From NCBI GenBank assembly GCA_001792345.1, contig MGGJ01000001.1, forward strand, positions 292,688 to 356,687: DNA of 64,000 nt, given 5' to 3'. This document shows positions 9,613-18,942 of this stretch, in pieces (position 1 is the first letter of the stretch; every line of letters starts with the position of its first letter). Position numbers and translations under genes: made by a program. Below the pieces are notes generated by a model. That model made no database searches, had not been told where the DNA came from, and worked only from the letters and a program-made list of their open reading frames with translations. The stretch is from Candidatus Woesebacteria bacterium RIFCSPHIGHO2_01_FULL_39_32. GTDB taxonomy: Bacteria; Patescibacteriota; Microgenomatia; UBA8517.

Positions 9613-10651
9613 GGAAAAAACATCTGACACTATATTAATTTTGACAATTATTATACTAATAGTTGTTGGAACGTTTGTTTTACGAAGTATTGCGCCTTAC
9701 GTTTTTCCTAGCCACTTTATCTATTTAGGAATTGGAGCGTTCCTTTTTTTTCTCCTTACCCGAATAGATTGGGATATATTTTATATATTTTCTCCGCATC
9801 TTTACATTTTTAGCATATTTTTACTAATTACTACTTTAATAATCGGCCAGGTTACAAGGGGTGCGGTTAGATGGATTCCGCTAGGAGTCGTAAATCTACA
9901 ACCTTCGGAGGTTGTACGAGCTTTTTTATTACTTTATTGGGCCAGATATATTACGGAAAGGGAGATTAATTCTAAAAGACTCATCAAACTTTTCCTACTT
10001 TTTTTCTTGCCTTTTATTCTTATAATTATTCAACCTTCTTTGGGTGTAGCAATCTTGACCGCCATAGGTTTCTTGGGGATATTATTAGCTTCAAGTATTG
10101 AAAAGAAATATTTTCTTATTGGACTAGGCGTATTTGTCGCCATCTTTCCGCTTTTATGGTTTATCCTCCAGCCTTATCAGAAAGCGAGGGTAATTACTTT
10201 TTTAGATCCTGAAAGCGACCCCCTTGGTGCCGGATATAATAGCATCCAGTCAATGATATCTGTTGGATCAGGTAGATTATTCGGTCGAGGTTTGGGAGAG
10301 GGAGTACAGACACAATTGGCGTTTTTGCCTGAAAATCACACTGATTTTATTTTCGCAGCTATATCCGAGGAATTGGGTTTTTTGGGGGCAATTCTTACCA
10401 TAACGCTATCATTTGCCTTGTTTTTGAATTTGATAGGCTATGTTAGTAACGCTCTTGATCCTTCGGCAAGAGCGTATACAACGGGTGTGTTTTTGATTCT
10501 TTTAGCCCAGAGCATTATTCATATAGGAATGAATATGGGCCTTTTTCCGATAACTGGGGTACCACTACCGTTTGTTTCAGCCGGAGGATCTTCTATTGTT
10601 GGGACTTTTATATCTATTGCGATCGTAATTAAATCCAGAAAAGAAGTGTAG
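9587..10651 (+). CDS. FtsW/RodA/SpoVE-family peptidoglycan glycosyltransferase
   Basis: Ten-TM profile with the conserved C-terminal GGSS...G segment typical of SEDS proteins; overlaps the ileS end. Confidence 0.88.
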   Translation: MILMYVRLREKTSDTILILTIIILIVVGTFVLRSIAPYVFPSHFIYLGIGAFLFFLLTRIDWDIFYIFSPHLYIFSIFLLITTLIIGQVTRGAVRWIPLGVVNLQPSEVVRAFLLLYWARYITEREINSKRLIKLFLLFFLPFILIIIQPSLGVAILTAIGFLGILLASSIEKKYFLIGLGVFVAIFPLLWFILQPYQKARVITFLDPESDPLGAGYNSIQSMISVGSGRLFGRGLGEGVQTQLAFLPENHTDFIFAAISEELGFLGAILTITLSFALFLNLIGYVSNALDPSARAYTTGVFLILLAQSIIHIGMNMGLFPITGVPLPFVSAGGSSIVGTFISIAIVIKSRKEV

Positions 10652-10700
10652 CTTGTTTTTCAAAGTCACAAAAGCTAAAATACTTCAAGTTAAAACTAAT

Positions 10701-11003
10701 ATGAAGTACGCGATTTTACGGATAAAAGGAAAACAGTATAGAGTTTCCGATAAAGACGAGATTGTTGTCGATAGATTAGAAGGTAATCCTGAAGCCGAAG
10801 TATTACTTCTGGTAGAAGATGGAAAAGTCAAGATAGGAAAACCAAAGGTTTCCGGTGTAAAAGTAGATTTGAAGGTAATAAACAAAGATGAAAAAGGTGA
10901 AAAAATCAAAATTCTAAAATACAAAGCTAAATCCCGCTACAGAAGAAGAATCGGCTTCAGGTCAGTAAACACGAGAATTCTTGTCAATAAAATACTTTCG
11001 TAA
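10701..11003 (+). CDS. rplU: 50S ribosomal protein L21
   Basis: MKYAILRIKGKQYRVSDKDEIVVDRL matches the L21 N-terminus; ORF trimmed to the internal ATG at 10701. Confidence 0.9.
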   Translation: MKYAILRIKGKQYRVSDKDEIVVDRLEGNPEAEVLLLVEDGKVKIGKPKVSGVKVDLKVINKDEKGEKIKILKYKAKSRYRRRIGFRSVNTRILVNKILS

Positions 11004-11075
11004 GTATATCAATCTACATCTTAATAATCTCTTGACAGTCGTGAAAAGATAAATTATAGTAGGTTATAGAAAAAG

Positions 11076-11321
11076 ATGGCACACAAAAAGCAAGGCGGAA
11101 AACTAACACAACAAACTCGTTCCAGACCAAAGTTTCTGGGAGTAAAGGTTTCTGATGGCCAAAAAGTAACCATTGGCAGTATACTGGTGCGTCAAAGAGG
11201 TACAAAATTTGACGCAGGTAGAGGAGTCAAAGTTGGCCGCGACCATTCCCTTTTTGCTATTCAAGAAGGTACTGTGAAATTTAATAATCGACTAGGTAAA
11301 AAACAAGTTTCGGTAGTTTGA
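11076..11321 (+). CDS. rpmA: 50S ribosomal protein L27
   Basis: MAHKKQGG... start and an 81-aa L27-like sequence. Confidence 0.92.
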   Translation: MAHKKQGGKLTQQTRSRPKFLGVKVSDGQKVTIGSILVRQRGTKFDAGRGVKVGRDHSLFAIQEGTVKFNNRLGKKQVSVV

Positions 11322-12178
11322 TTAAAGTTATGGCTGAAGAAGTAATACAAATTGACGTAAATGAGCTTCAAGCAAATCCCTTACAACCCAGGGGTTCAAT
11401 TACGCCTGAATCCCTTGTTGATCTTGTTGATTCTATAAAAGAGCATGGAATTCTTGAACCTCTAGTTGTTGCTAAAACTCCTGCCGGATACCAAATTATT
11501 GCGGGGGAACGTCGTTGGCGTGCCGCCAAACTTGCAGGGCTAACTCACGTTCCTGCAATTATCCGTGAGACTTCACCAAAGGGAATGCTCGAGATGGCAC
11601 TTGTTGAGAATGTTCAAAGAATAGATCTTAATCCACTCGATAGAGCAAAAGGTTTTGAAAGACTTCAAACAGAGTTTGGACTATCAACCAGTGAGATTGC
11701 AACACGTATAGGAAAATCTGTTGCCTACGTTTCAAATTCACTACGACTTTTGACCCTACCGGATGCCTTAAAAGACGGACTTTTATCGGGACTAATTTCC
11801 GAAGGACACGCAAGGGCTTTGGCAGCAATTGACGATACAAATTTAATGGTAGAGGCCTATAAAATAATTTTAAGAGAGTCGGGTAGTGTAAGGCGTGCGG
11901 AAGAACTGGCACGGCGAATGAAGGCAAAATCCAAGCAGTCAATGAGGCGTGTCGGAATTAGACAGGACCAACTTCGAGTAGTTTCCGAGGAAATCGATAA
12001 AATGCAGGAAGATATGGAAACGGCCCTCATGCCTCAAAACGCGGAGGATGGTAAAACAACTTCGGTAAAACTTGTTCGCTCTCGCAGGGAAACTCGTGTT
12101 ACATTTATTTTTAAGGGAGGTCTTGAGGAAACAGAGGGAAGACTTCAGAAGATTTACAATTCACTTAAAAGAAGTTAG
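11318..12178 (+). CDS. parB: ParB/Spo0J chromosome-partitioning protein
   Basis: GERRWRAAKLAGL ParB box II and a ParB N-terminal domain. Confidence 0.9.
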   Translation: MIKVMAEEVIQIDVNELQANPLQPRGSITPESLVDLVDSIKEHGILEPLVVAKTPAGYQIIAGERRWRAAKLAGLTHVPAIIRETSPKGMLEMALVENVQRIDLNPLDRAKGFERLQTEFGLSTSEIATRIGKSVAYVSNSLRLLTLPDALKDGLLSGLISEGHARALAAIDDTNLMVEAYKIILRESGSVRRAEELARRMKAKSKQSMRRVGIRQDQLRVVSEEIDKMQEDMETALMPQNAEDGKTTSVKLVRSRRETRVTFIFKGGLEETEGRLQKIYNSLKRS

Positions 12179-12741
12179 TTAGTAGCCCCGTAAGTTACTT
12201 TTTCAATTAAACCTACTCTTGGAGGTGGCCAATATACAATCCATGCGCGACCTGTAATGGCGTCTTTTGTTATAAATCCCCAAGTTCGTGAATCGGAAGA
12301 TGCTACTCTATTATCACCCATGACGAAATATTGATTTGATGGAACTGTAACTTCTTGGCCATCTTCTAAAAATGCACTTCCCAAAGTTTGCACAGAATCG
12401 CTTATATAGTTTTCATCCAGGAATTTACTATTTAAGTAAACATCTCCTTCTCTTAGTGACACCTTATCTCCAGGAAGCCCAAGAATTCTTTTTATAAACT
12501 CGTCGCCGTTGGTTCCGGGAGCCTCAAAGACAATGACATCACCGCGTTCGGGCTCTCTGAATCTATAAGTGACTTTATCCGTAAGTAGAAATTCACCATC
12601 GGCGAAATTAGGATCCATTGATAAACCCTTTATTTTATGGGGTTGGAGAACGAGAAGATATATAAAAAGAAATATCGCAATTGCAAAAACAACAACCTCC
12701 AAAATGTCCAAAAAAAATGCTGTAAGACGTTTAATTAACAT
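12175..12741 (-). CDS. lepB: signal peptidase I
   Basis: GLSMDPNF (Ser box), GDVIVF, VMGDNRVASSDSR. Confidence 0.9.
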   Translation of the reverse strand: MLIKRLTAFFLDILEVVVFAIAIFLFIYLLVLQPHKIKGLSMDPNFADGEFLLTDKVTYRFREPERGDVIVFEAPGTNGDEFIKRILGLPGDKVSLREGDVYLNSKFLDENYISDSVQTLGSAFLEDGQEVTVPSNQYFVMGDNRVASSDSRTWGFITKDAITGRAWIVYWPPPRVGLIEKVTYGATN

Positions 12742-12790
12742 GGATTCATTATATTCAATCTAACTTTCTTTTTCAAAAGGAATAACTTTA

Positions 12791-14497
12791 TTAGGTATTG
12801 AAATTGCCGTGAGCTTCAGATAAATACTGGGTTTTTTCTGACATAATTCGCAAAAATTCGCGCTTGTCTTTTGAAAGAAAAGTTCTTAATTCAAAAATAT
12901 TTTCAACCCCAAGATCAGCTAAAGTTCTGGCAGCGTGACGAAGATATTCGTTAATCCAAAAAGCCATAGAGCAAGCTTTTGCTTCGTAATACATAAGGCC
13001 TGGTTTGCCCTCTGTGTAGTAGGTCCTACCGGCAGCATCAGTTCTCTTTACTCGTAATTGTCCATCTTCGGATTCTATAATTTGAGTGACTGGACTTGCC
13101 GTACCTGGATAAGGCTGACATATCTTGTCTTTATTATTTAGTACAAATAAGTCTCCGGTTTCAATTGTACCTCTAACAAATTTTTGATTACCCAAAACTG
13201 CATCAACACCAATTATTAATGCGGTTCCAATGGATCTTCCAACGCCCCCCTCAAGTAAAATCGAGGTATTATTGAACTTTCGGTCTAATGTTAACTCATA
13301 TACATCTTCCAAAGTTGTTATAGCCATACCGTTAATAGCAGAGGTGCATTGTTGTCCTCCTCCATGTCCAAATATTAGTCCGTCTACTGCGATATCGGGG
13401 GTGACCAACCTTTCAGATTGATTTTTGTCTGCAACTTGGCCTACAAAGATTTCAACTTCGCGCCCAAACTTTTGTCTAAGAAGTTTGGCGGTTTGGATTA
13501 CTCTTGGATCGGAACCGATCGTGTAGATTCTAAAGACGCTTATTCCTGCTTCGTTGTGAAGCCTTATGGCCATTTTAAGCTCTTCTTTGGGATTTTCAGC
13601 TCCGAGTGCAGCTCCGACATTTCTAAAAACTTTTTCTTTCCATCCTGTTTCAATTTGAAGTCCGTCTATTATATCTCGAGTCTTTTTAGCCAGTTTTATT
13701 CTATCTTCAAAATTTAATGCAAAAACACTACTTCTCGGGATGAAAGAAATCATATGTCCTATGGCTGACATGACTAATGTGTCAATCCAACCCGAGATAG
13801 GAGGCATGGCGCCTAAGCCTATTATTTTCCTTGGATATTTTCCTACTATGTTAAAAAGACCGGTTCCAACGATTTCTCTCCTACTAAGAAGTTTATATGA
13901 ACTTATTTTTTTGTAGCCAAGTTCTGAGATGGCGGGTGTGTAAAGGGCGGGTTTGCCGGGACCTTTTATGCCAAGTGCCTCTTCGATTGTGGGGGAACGT
14001 CGATTCGATCTGGAGGGAATTTTTAACTTACCTCTTTCAAGTTTTTCAATTTCCGTATAAATATTTTCGTTGTGATTATCATCAAAAAAAAGTGCCCTTT
14101 GAGCTAAAGCCAAAGTTCTTCGTGCCGGACCCATTTGAAAAAATACAGGTTCTCCATTGCCATTTCTTTGAATTCTACCGAAATCAATATTTGTTAGAAC
14201 GACTCCAATGCTGGGTGAATCTACTGAAAATCTGTACCGAGAGTAGAAGTCACTTTGAGTTTTTATAATCGGCCGATAATGGTTAGCTTTAAGTTTCCGA
14301 GTCTTTGGAGTATTTTCGGCTAATGTCTCAAGACTGTATGCAAAATTTACACCAGCGCTACTTAATTCATTAAATCTGATTCGTTGCATTTCCTCTGAGT
14401 AAGGCTCGTTAAGTTGATAGATCGGAGTTTTAACTTTTTTACCTTTTATTTCTGCAACGGAATAATTAATAGCTTTAGTTTTTGGCATGGCAGACAA
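12791..14497 (-). CDS. IMPDH/GMP-reductase-fold TIM-barrel protein, divergent, with an N-terminal extension of about 215 aa
   Basis: VGQVADKNQSERLVTPDIAVDGLIFGHGGGQQCTS aligns with the IMPDH loop ...GNVAT...VKVGIGPGSICTTR (catalytic Cys retained); C-terminal EGGVGRSIGTALIIGVDAVLGN resembles the IMPDH phosphate-binding GGIR..GDIAKALAAGA. Confidence 0.6.
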   Translation of the reverse strand: MSAMPKTKAINYSVAEIKGKKVKTPIYQLNEPYSEEMQRIRFNELSSAGVNFAYSLETLAENTPKTRKLKANHYRPIIKTQSDFYSRYRFSVDSPSIGVVLTNIDFGRIQRNGNGEPVFFQMGPARRTLALAQRALFFDDNHNENIYTEIEKLERGKLKIPSRSNRRSPTIEEALGIKGPGKPALYTPAISELGYKKISSYKLLSRREIVGTGLFNIVGKYPRKIIGLGAMPPISGWIDTLVMSAIGHMISFIPRSSVFALNFEDRIKLAKKTRDIIDGLQIETGWKEKVFRNVGAALGAENPKEELKMAIRLHNEAGISVFRIYTIGSDPRVIQTAKLLRQKFGREVEIFVGQVADKNQSERLVTPDIAVDGLIFGHGGGQQCTSAINGMAITTLEDVYELTLDRKFNNTSILLEGGVGRSIGTALIIGVDAVLGNQKFVRGTIETGDLFVLNNKDKICQPYPGTASPVTQIIESEDGQLRVKRTDAAGRTYYTEGKPGLMYYEAKACSMAFWINEYLRHAARTLADLGVENIFELRTFLSKDKREFLRIMSEKTQYLSEAHGNFNT

Positions 14498-14607
14498 AAA
14501 AATCCCCCTTCAAATTATGATGGGGGTTACTTTCTCCCTTTTTCAGAATATCCTCTATTTATAAGTATTTGTCAACAGCCCAAATTTATTTTAAACTTGG
14601 GGTTATT

Positions 14608-15156
14608 ATGAAAAAGCTTTATTTTGCAACTACGAATGAGGGAAAGTTAAAAGAGGCGAAATCCATACTTAAGGTTGAAGTTGTCGGAACGCCTTTAGAG
14701 ATAGATGAAGTTCAATCCATGGACCCGATAGAGGTTGCTACAAAAAAAGCCCGTTTATACTTCGAAAAATTAAGAAAACCAATATTTGTAGAGGATGTAT
14801 CGGTTTTCATTAAGGCATTAAACGGTTTACCGGGTCCTTATATTGACGCATTTATGAAAACTTTGGGAAATGAGGGAATTGTTAAGTTATTGCGGGGTGC
14901 TAATGAAAGAAGTGTAACTGCCCAGGCAACAGTTGTTTATATTCCGAAAATGGGAGTTGAAGAAGTTTTTATAGGAGAAGTCGAAGGTACAATTTCAGAT
15001 AAACCAAGAGGCGAAGGGTTTGGCTGGGACCCAATATTTATTCCTAAAGGAGAAAAGAAAACTTTTGGGGAAATTACTTTGGAAGAAAAAAATAAATATT
15101 CAATGCGCGCAAAAGCATTGAAGAAATTTAAAAAATGGCTTGAGAAAGAAATGTAA
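14608..15156 (+). CDS. rdgB: non-canonical purine NTP pyrophosphatase (RdgB/HAM1 ITPase)
   Basis: LYFATTNEGKLKEA..., FVEDVSVF and GLPGPY motifs; start trimmed to the Met at 14608. Confidence 0.9.
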   Translation: MKKLYFATTNEGKLKEAKSILKVEVVGTPLEIDEVQSMDPIEVATKKARLYFEKLRKPIFVEDVSVFIKALNGLPGPYIDAFMKTLGNEGIVKLLRGANERSVTAQATVVYIPKMGVEEVFIGEVEGTISDKPRGEGFGWDPIFIPKGEKKTFGEITLEEKNKYSMRAKALKKFKKWLEKEM

Positions 15157-15198
15157 ATGTGAACGTTTTTGAACAAATTCGAATGTATTTCAAAGGTA

Positions 15199-15299
15199 GC
15201 GGCGGCTGACCGCACCAGCCGCCGCACTATCTGTACGCTCGACCTGCGGTCTCGCTTATTTTCAGCGCGCGCGACTTGCTATCTCGTCCTTCGGACGAG
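15199..15299. other. GC-rich structured element (candidate ncRNA or cis-regulatory RNA): 10-bp perfect hairpin GCGGCGGCTG-accgcac-CAGCCGCCGC (15199-15225) and a UUCG-tetraloop hairpin CTCGTCC-ttcg-GGACGAG (15283-15299)
   Basis: Read directly from the sequence; local GC far above the roughly 35% background; no U-tract follows on either strand, so it is not a canonical terminator. Confidence 0.3.
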
Positions 15300-15343
15300 A
15301 AAGGATAAGTACAAAATACATGATTTTATAATACAATACAAAT

Positions 15344-16372
15344 ATGGGTGAATTTTCCGAACAAATTATACACGAGGCCAATAGACTGGCTATCGAAGAT
15401 CCTCGCAGAAATTTGGGAATTGCACTGGGCGATTTAATTGGAACTGAATCACCAACGAGGGATACAATGTTGGACGTTTTAGCATCAAGACAGCAATTTA
15501 CCCCAGAACATTTGCCCCCCCTACTTTTCTCCTCGTTACAATACTTGGCGTTAAAAGACCATGCTGATATTTCCGGTTTCGCGACAATGAATCCTGAACA
15601 GTGGAAAAAATACATTGAAGGAACTGTAAATACACATAGGCTTGATTTAACAAAATTACTTAAAGAACGAAATGTTCAATCATTTATTCTTAGGCGTTAT
15701 TTTCCGGCAAAACTACTTGCTAGGGTGGCCTATGGCGACTCGACAGTGTCCATGTTAGATATAGGTTCTTCATTAAATCTTGGCTTGGCGGCAGTTGCTG
15801 GAGACAACTCAGGAGAAATGTTTAATGGTATTGAATTAAATGGAGTGCCAAAAAATTTATATAGTGGTAGAGTAAATTTGGCAAGTGGAATAGGAGTGGA
15901 CTTATTTGAACCAGACAAAGAATGGGTGAAAGCATGTATATGGCCTGGCCATGAAGATGAGAGAGATACAATAGAACGTGCTAGCGCATCATTGAGGGAT
16001 AGGACGCCTCAGTTATCTTTTAGAAAACTTGACGCGCTGAAGATGGGTGAAGTACCAGATTTACAAGATAGATTTGATATTGCAGTCGCAAGTGGAATGA
16101 TATATCAACTTCAGCCTGACCTAAAAGACAAATTTTTAGATGCCGTGCGTAAAGTAACAAAAAGAAAAGGTTTTCTTTTGGTAAATGATTATCCTCCCGA
16201 CGTAAACGCCAAGGATTCCTTCACATACTCTACAGAGGTTTTTCCGATTGTCGATGGATCAATTCAAACACCGCTAAAAATACTGAAAGCTGAAAGTCCA
16301 TTTTATAGAAAAATTAAATTGGGAGCAGACTTTCAGCAATTTGTTGATAGCCATACAAAAAAAGCTCTTTAA
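15344..16372 (+). CDS. hypothetical protein, weakly SAM-methyltransferase-like, with GC content above its neighbours
   Basis: VSMLDIGSSLNLGLAAVAG (motif-I-like) and FDIAVASGMIYQL / GFLLVNDY; flanked by GC-rich hairpins and a tRNA. Confidence 0.5.
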   Translation: MGEFSEQIIHEANRLAIEDPRRNLGIALGDLIGTESPTRDTMLDVLASRQQFTPEHLPPLLFSSLQYLALKDHADISGFATMNPEQWKKYIEGTVNTHRLDLTKLLKERNVQSFILRRYFPAKLLARVAYGDSTVSMLDIGSSLNLGLAAVAGDNSGEMFNGIELNGVPKNLYSGRVNLASGIGVDLFEPDKEWVKACIWPGHEDERDTIERASASLRDRTPQLSFRKLDALKMGEVPDLQDRFDIAVASGMIYQLQPDLKDKFLDAVRKVTKRKGFLLVNDYPPDVNAKDSFTYSTEVFPIVDGSIQTPLKILKAESPFYRKIKLGADFQQFVDSHTKKAL

Positions 16373-16501
16373 AATTTTTGCGTTTTTCTTCATTCTTTTT
16401 ATTACGGCAACTCTCGGCGAATTTGAATTATGCCTTTGCAGCGCTGTCTGCGGAGGGGGGCGCAGCCAGCGCTGCTCCCACTTCCGACTCGATTTCCTTT
16501 T

Positions 16502-16577
16502 TGGTGACCGCTGAAGGATTCGAACCTTCGACCTCTTCGATGTGAACGAAGCGCTCTTCCGGCTGAGCTAAGCGGTC
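16502..16577 (-). tRNA. tRNA-Val (anticodon CAC), CCA encoded
   Basis: Manual fold of GACCGCTTAGCTCAGCCGGAAGAGCGCTTCGTTCACATCGAAGAGGTCGAAGGTTCGAATCCTTCAGCGGTCACCA: 7-bp acceptor, D-arm, anticodon loop TTCACAT, T-loop TTCGAAT. Confidence 0.9.
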
Positions 16578-16601
16578 TTACAGTGTTTATTTTACCAAAA
16601 T

Positions 16602-17528
16602 CTAAATCAAAATTCTTTGCGAGAAATAGTATGCGAGATTTGTATCGGGGCTAAAACCTTCTCTGTAATGTCTCTCAATTCCTCTTCTTTCCATTTCTTC
16701 ATAAATTTTCGGAATTGCTGCGTTACCACTTTTGTATCCCAGCCAAACATCATCAGGATCAAATACTGCTGTGGCCAGGCGATTATTTCTTGCATACAAA
16801 CTGGGTGATATTAAAATTCCATCATAATTTATATTAGGAGGTTTTCTGCTAAGGTTCACCGATATCTTGAGAGAATCGGGAGCAATAAGTTTAGCGATGT
16901 TGAAAGGTAGGTCGTTAACTCTTATAAATCCGCCATCTACTAAGGGATAATATTCTTTAATAATTGGGTAGCTGATAAAAAACGGAACACTACAAGAAGC
17001 TTGAACGGCTTTTCCTATTAAATCCGAACTTTCCTCCCAGAATATTCTTGCACTCTTTCTTAACCTAGATATCTGGGTAGTTACTATGAGGCAAGGCGTG
17101 TATTTAGTGGGATCTTTCAAATCATTTTGGTGGGAGTTTATGTATCCAGATAACCTGTCGAAGCATACAAATCCGCCATTTTTTAAAAATGTTAGTTGAC
17201 TTATTTGGTTCCAACTCATTCTTTCAGCTAAGTATTTTGTTTTGAGTAACTCCGACAATGATCCTACCTTGGATGCGATAGCACCAACCGCGCCAGCACT
17301 TGTTCCAACTGCCATATCCAAAGGAACTCCCGCTTCAAGTAATGCTGCTATTACTCCGATATGTTGAGGGGATTTAGCTCCACCGCCTCCCAGAACAATA
17401 ACTAGAGCTTGGTCACCTTTATCTATTACATCCCTAATTCTTTTTGGTATAGACTCTGGATTATTATTTTTTATTGATTCGAATTCGGAGAGTAATATGC
17501 TTGAAGAGATAGATTTTCTTTCAGGCAT
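16602..17528 (-). CDS. patatin-like phospholipase
   Basis: GGGGAKSPQHIGV (oxyanion GGGxK/R), GTSAGA (GxSxG nucleophile), DGG. Confidence 0.85.
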   Translation of the reverse strand: MPERKSISSSILLSEFESIKNNNPESIPKRIRDVIDKGDQALVIVLGGGGAKSPQHIGVIAALLEAGVPLDMAVGTSAGAVGAIASKVGSLSELLKTKYLAERMSWNQISQLTFLKNGGFVCFDRLSGYINSHQNDLKDPTKYTPCLIVTTQISRLRKSARIFWEESSDLIGKAVQASCSVPFFISYPIIKEYYPLVDGGFIRVNDLPFNIAKLIAPDSLKISVNLSRKPPNINYDGILISPSLYARNNRLATAVFDPDDVWLGYKSGNAAIPKIYEEMERRGIERHYREGFSPDTNLAYYFSQRILI

Positions 17529-17565
17529 TTAAAAATATTACATTAGGTATTTGTTATACTAAAGT

Positions 17566-18255
17566 ATGAGTATTACTGTAAGAAGATATATTTTCTACAC
17601 TATTTGGTTTTTTATTATCCTTTCTGGTCCGATTACTGTTTTTAGGAATACTTCTGCCGAATCCTTCTTCTCAAGCAGTATTGTAATGACAAATACTTTT
17701 CAAAGGCTGACTGGTCTTTTAGCATTTTCGCTAATCTTTATTCAAATAGCACTTGGGGCTCATATGAACAGATTTATTCAAATAATAGGTGCTAAAGCAT
17801 ATAGAATTCATACTCTTCAGGGATTAGTTACTTATGGATTTATGTTTGTACATCCTCTTTTTCAAAATATAATTGTCTATCAAGTTTCTAAAAGTTTTAC
17901 AGAATCGTTATTGGTTTTTGTGCCAAGTATGGGGAGTCAAAGAGATGTGCTGCTTGTTTTTGGAAGAATGGCATTTTTGTTGGGAACTATTTCAGTAATT
18001 GCTGCTTATTTCAGAACAAAATCTTTTTTCAGAAGGAATTGGAGGGCTTTTCATATTCTAAACTATTTAGTTTTTTACTTAGTTTTTTATCACGCTCGGG
18101 TTGGAAGCGACCTGGCCTCTCAGCCTTTTGATTTGGTGTATTGGGCGGCATTCATTTTTGTTAGCGGTACAATTTTTTATAGATTTACTTTTCGGTTGGT
18201 GAAAAAATTTATTCCTGTCAGGGCTGTTAACGAGAAATTACCTACACAAAAGTGA
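17566..18255 (+). CDS. multi-pass membrane protein, possibly ferric-reductase-like / MsrQ-like haem-binding transmembrane protein
   Basis: Six hydrophobic segments with conserved His pairs (AYRIHTL...FVHPLF...YHARV). Confidence 0.45.
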   Translation: MSITVRRYIFYTIWFFIILSGPITVFRNTSAESFFSSSIVMTNTFQRLTGLLAFSLIFIQIALGAHMNRFIQIIGAKAYRIHTLQGLVTYGFMFVHPLFQNIIVYQVSKSFTESLLVFVPSMGSQRDVLLVFGRMAFLLGTISVIAAYFRTKSFFRRNWRAFHILNYLVFYLVFYHARVGSDLASQPFDLVYWAAFIFVSGTIFYRFTFRLVKKFIPVRAVNEKLPTQK

Positions 18256-18270
18256 TATTATAGAAATATT

Positions 18271-18942
18271 ATGGATGATGTGTCTCGTTGGGATTTAATT
18301 CATCAAAAGGCTCATAAAGAGGATGAGTGGCACTCTGTCTACGCTGAGGAAAAAGAGAAACTTTTTCCGAGAAATGCAATGATTATTGAACTTGGTTCCG
18401 GGACAGGTGCAGACGCAATATACTTTTTAAAACAGGGTCACAGCGTTATTGCCCTTGATATATCCACATTTGCTTTAAATGCGCTTGAAACCCGAGTAAA
18501 AAAAGAAAATCTTGCCCAAAAGCTTACAACACAACAAGTTGATTTTGGTTTACACGATTTGCCCATAAAAGAAGGTTCTGTAGATGTTGCTTATTCCAGA
18601 ATTTCTTTAAATTATTTTGGAGCGAAACATACAACAAAACTTTTTAGTGATATTTACAGGATGTTAAAGCCAGGAGGAGCGGCATATCTATCTTTTCGCT
18701 CTCCGGAGGATGCGAATGAGATGGAATATTTTGAGAAGAGTTCGGTTTTATATGAGCCAAATGTATTCATAGAAGGGGAAATACTACGTAGTAGATTCAC
18801 AGCTACCCAACTTGAACAGATGCTAATAAACGCCGGTATACCACAATTTAGCGTAGAAGCCTATCAAGAAGATTTGTCTGCAAAAGGAGAGAATCATCAT
18901 CCAATTTTATACGTAAATGACATATACTTTATGAAACAATGA
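18271..18942 (+). CDS. class I SAM-dependent methyltransferase
   Basis: IELGSGTGADAIYF motif I, LKPGGAAYLSF. Confidence 0.85.
   Translation: MDDVSRWDLIHQKAHKEDEWHSVYAEEKEKLFPRNAMIIELGSGTGADAIYFLKQGHSVIALDISTFALNALETRVKKENLAQKLTTQQVDFGLHDLPIKEGSVDVAYSRISLNYFGAKHTTKLFSDIYRMLKPGGAAYLSFRSPEDANEMEYFEKSSVLYEPNVFIEGEILRSRFTATQLEQMLINAGIPQFSVEAYQEDLSAKGENHHPILYVNDIYFMKQ

Noticed and set aside
15186-15310. Known housekeeping ncRNAs (SRP RNA, RNase P RNA, tmRNA, 6S) at the GC-rich element
   Set aside because: Conserved cores (SRP AGGAAGCAGCC with GNRA loop; RNase P P4 AGGAAAGUCCGGGCUCC; tmRNA tag-reading frame and tRNA-like end) are absent; the element remains unclassified.
15262-15615. Minus-strand ORF overlapping the GC-rich element and the start of the 15344 gene
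   Set aside because: Runs antisense through a strongly structured GC-rich region and a better plus-strand gene; composition is not protein-like.
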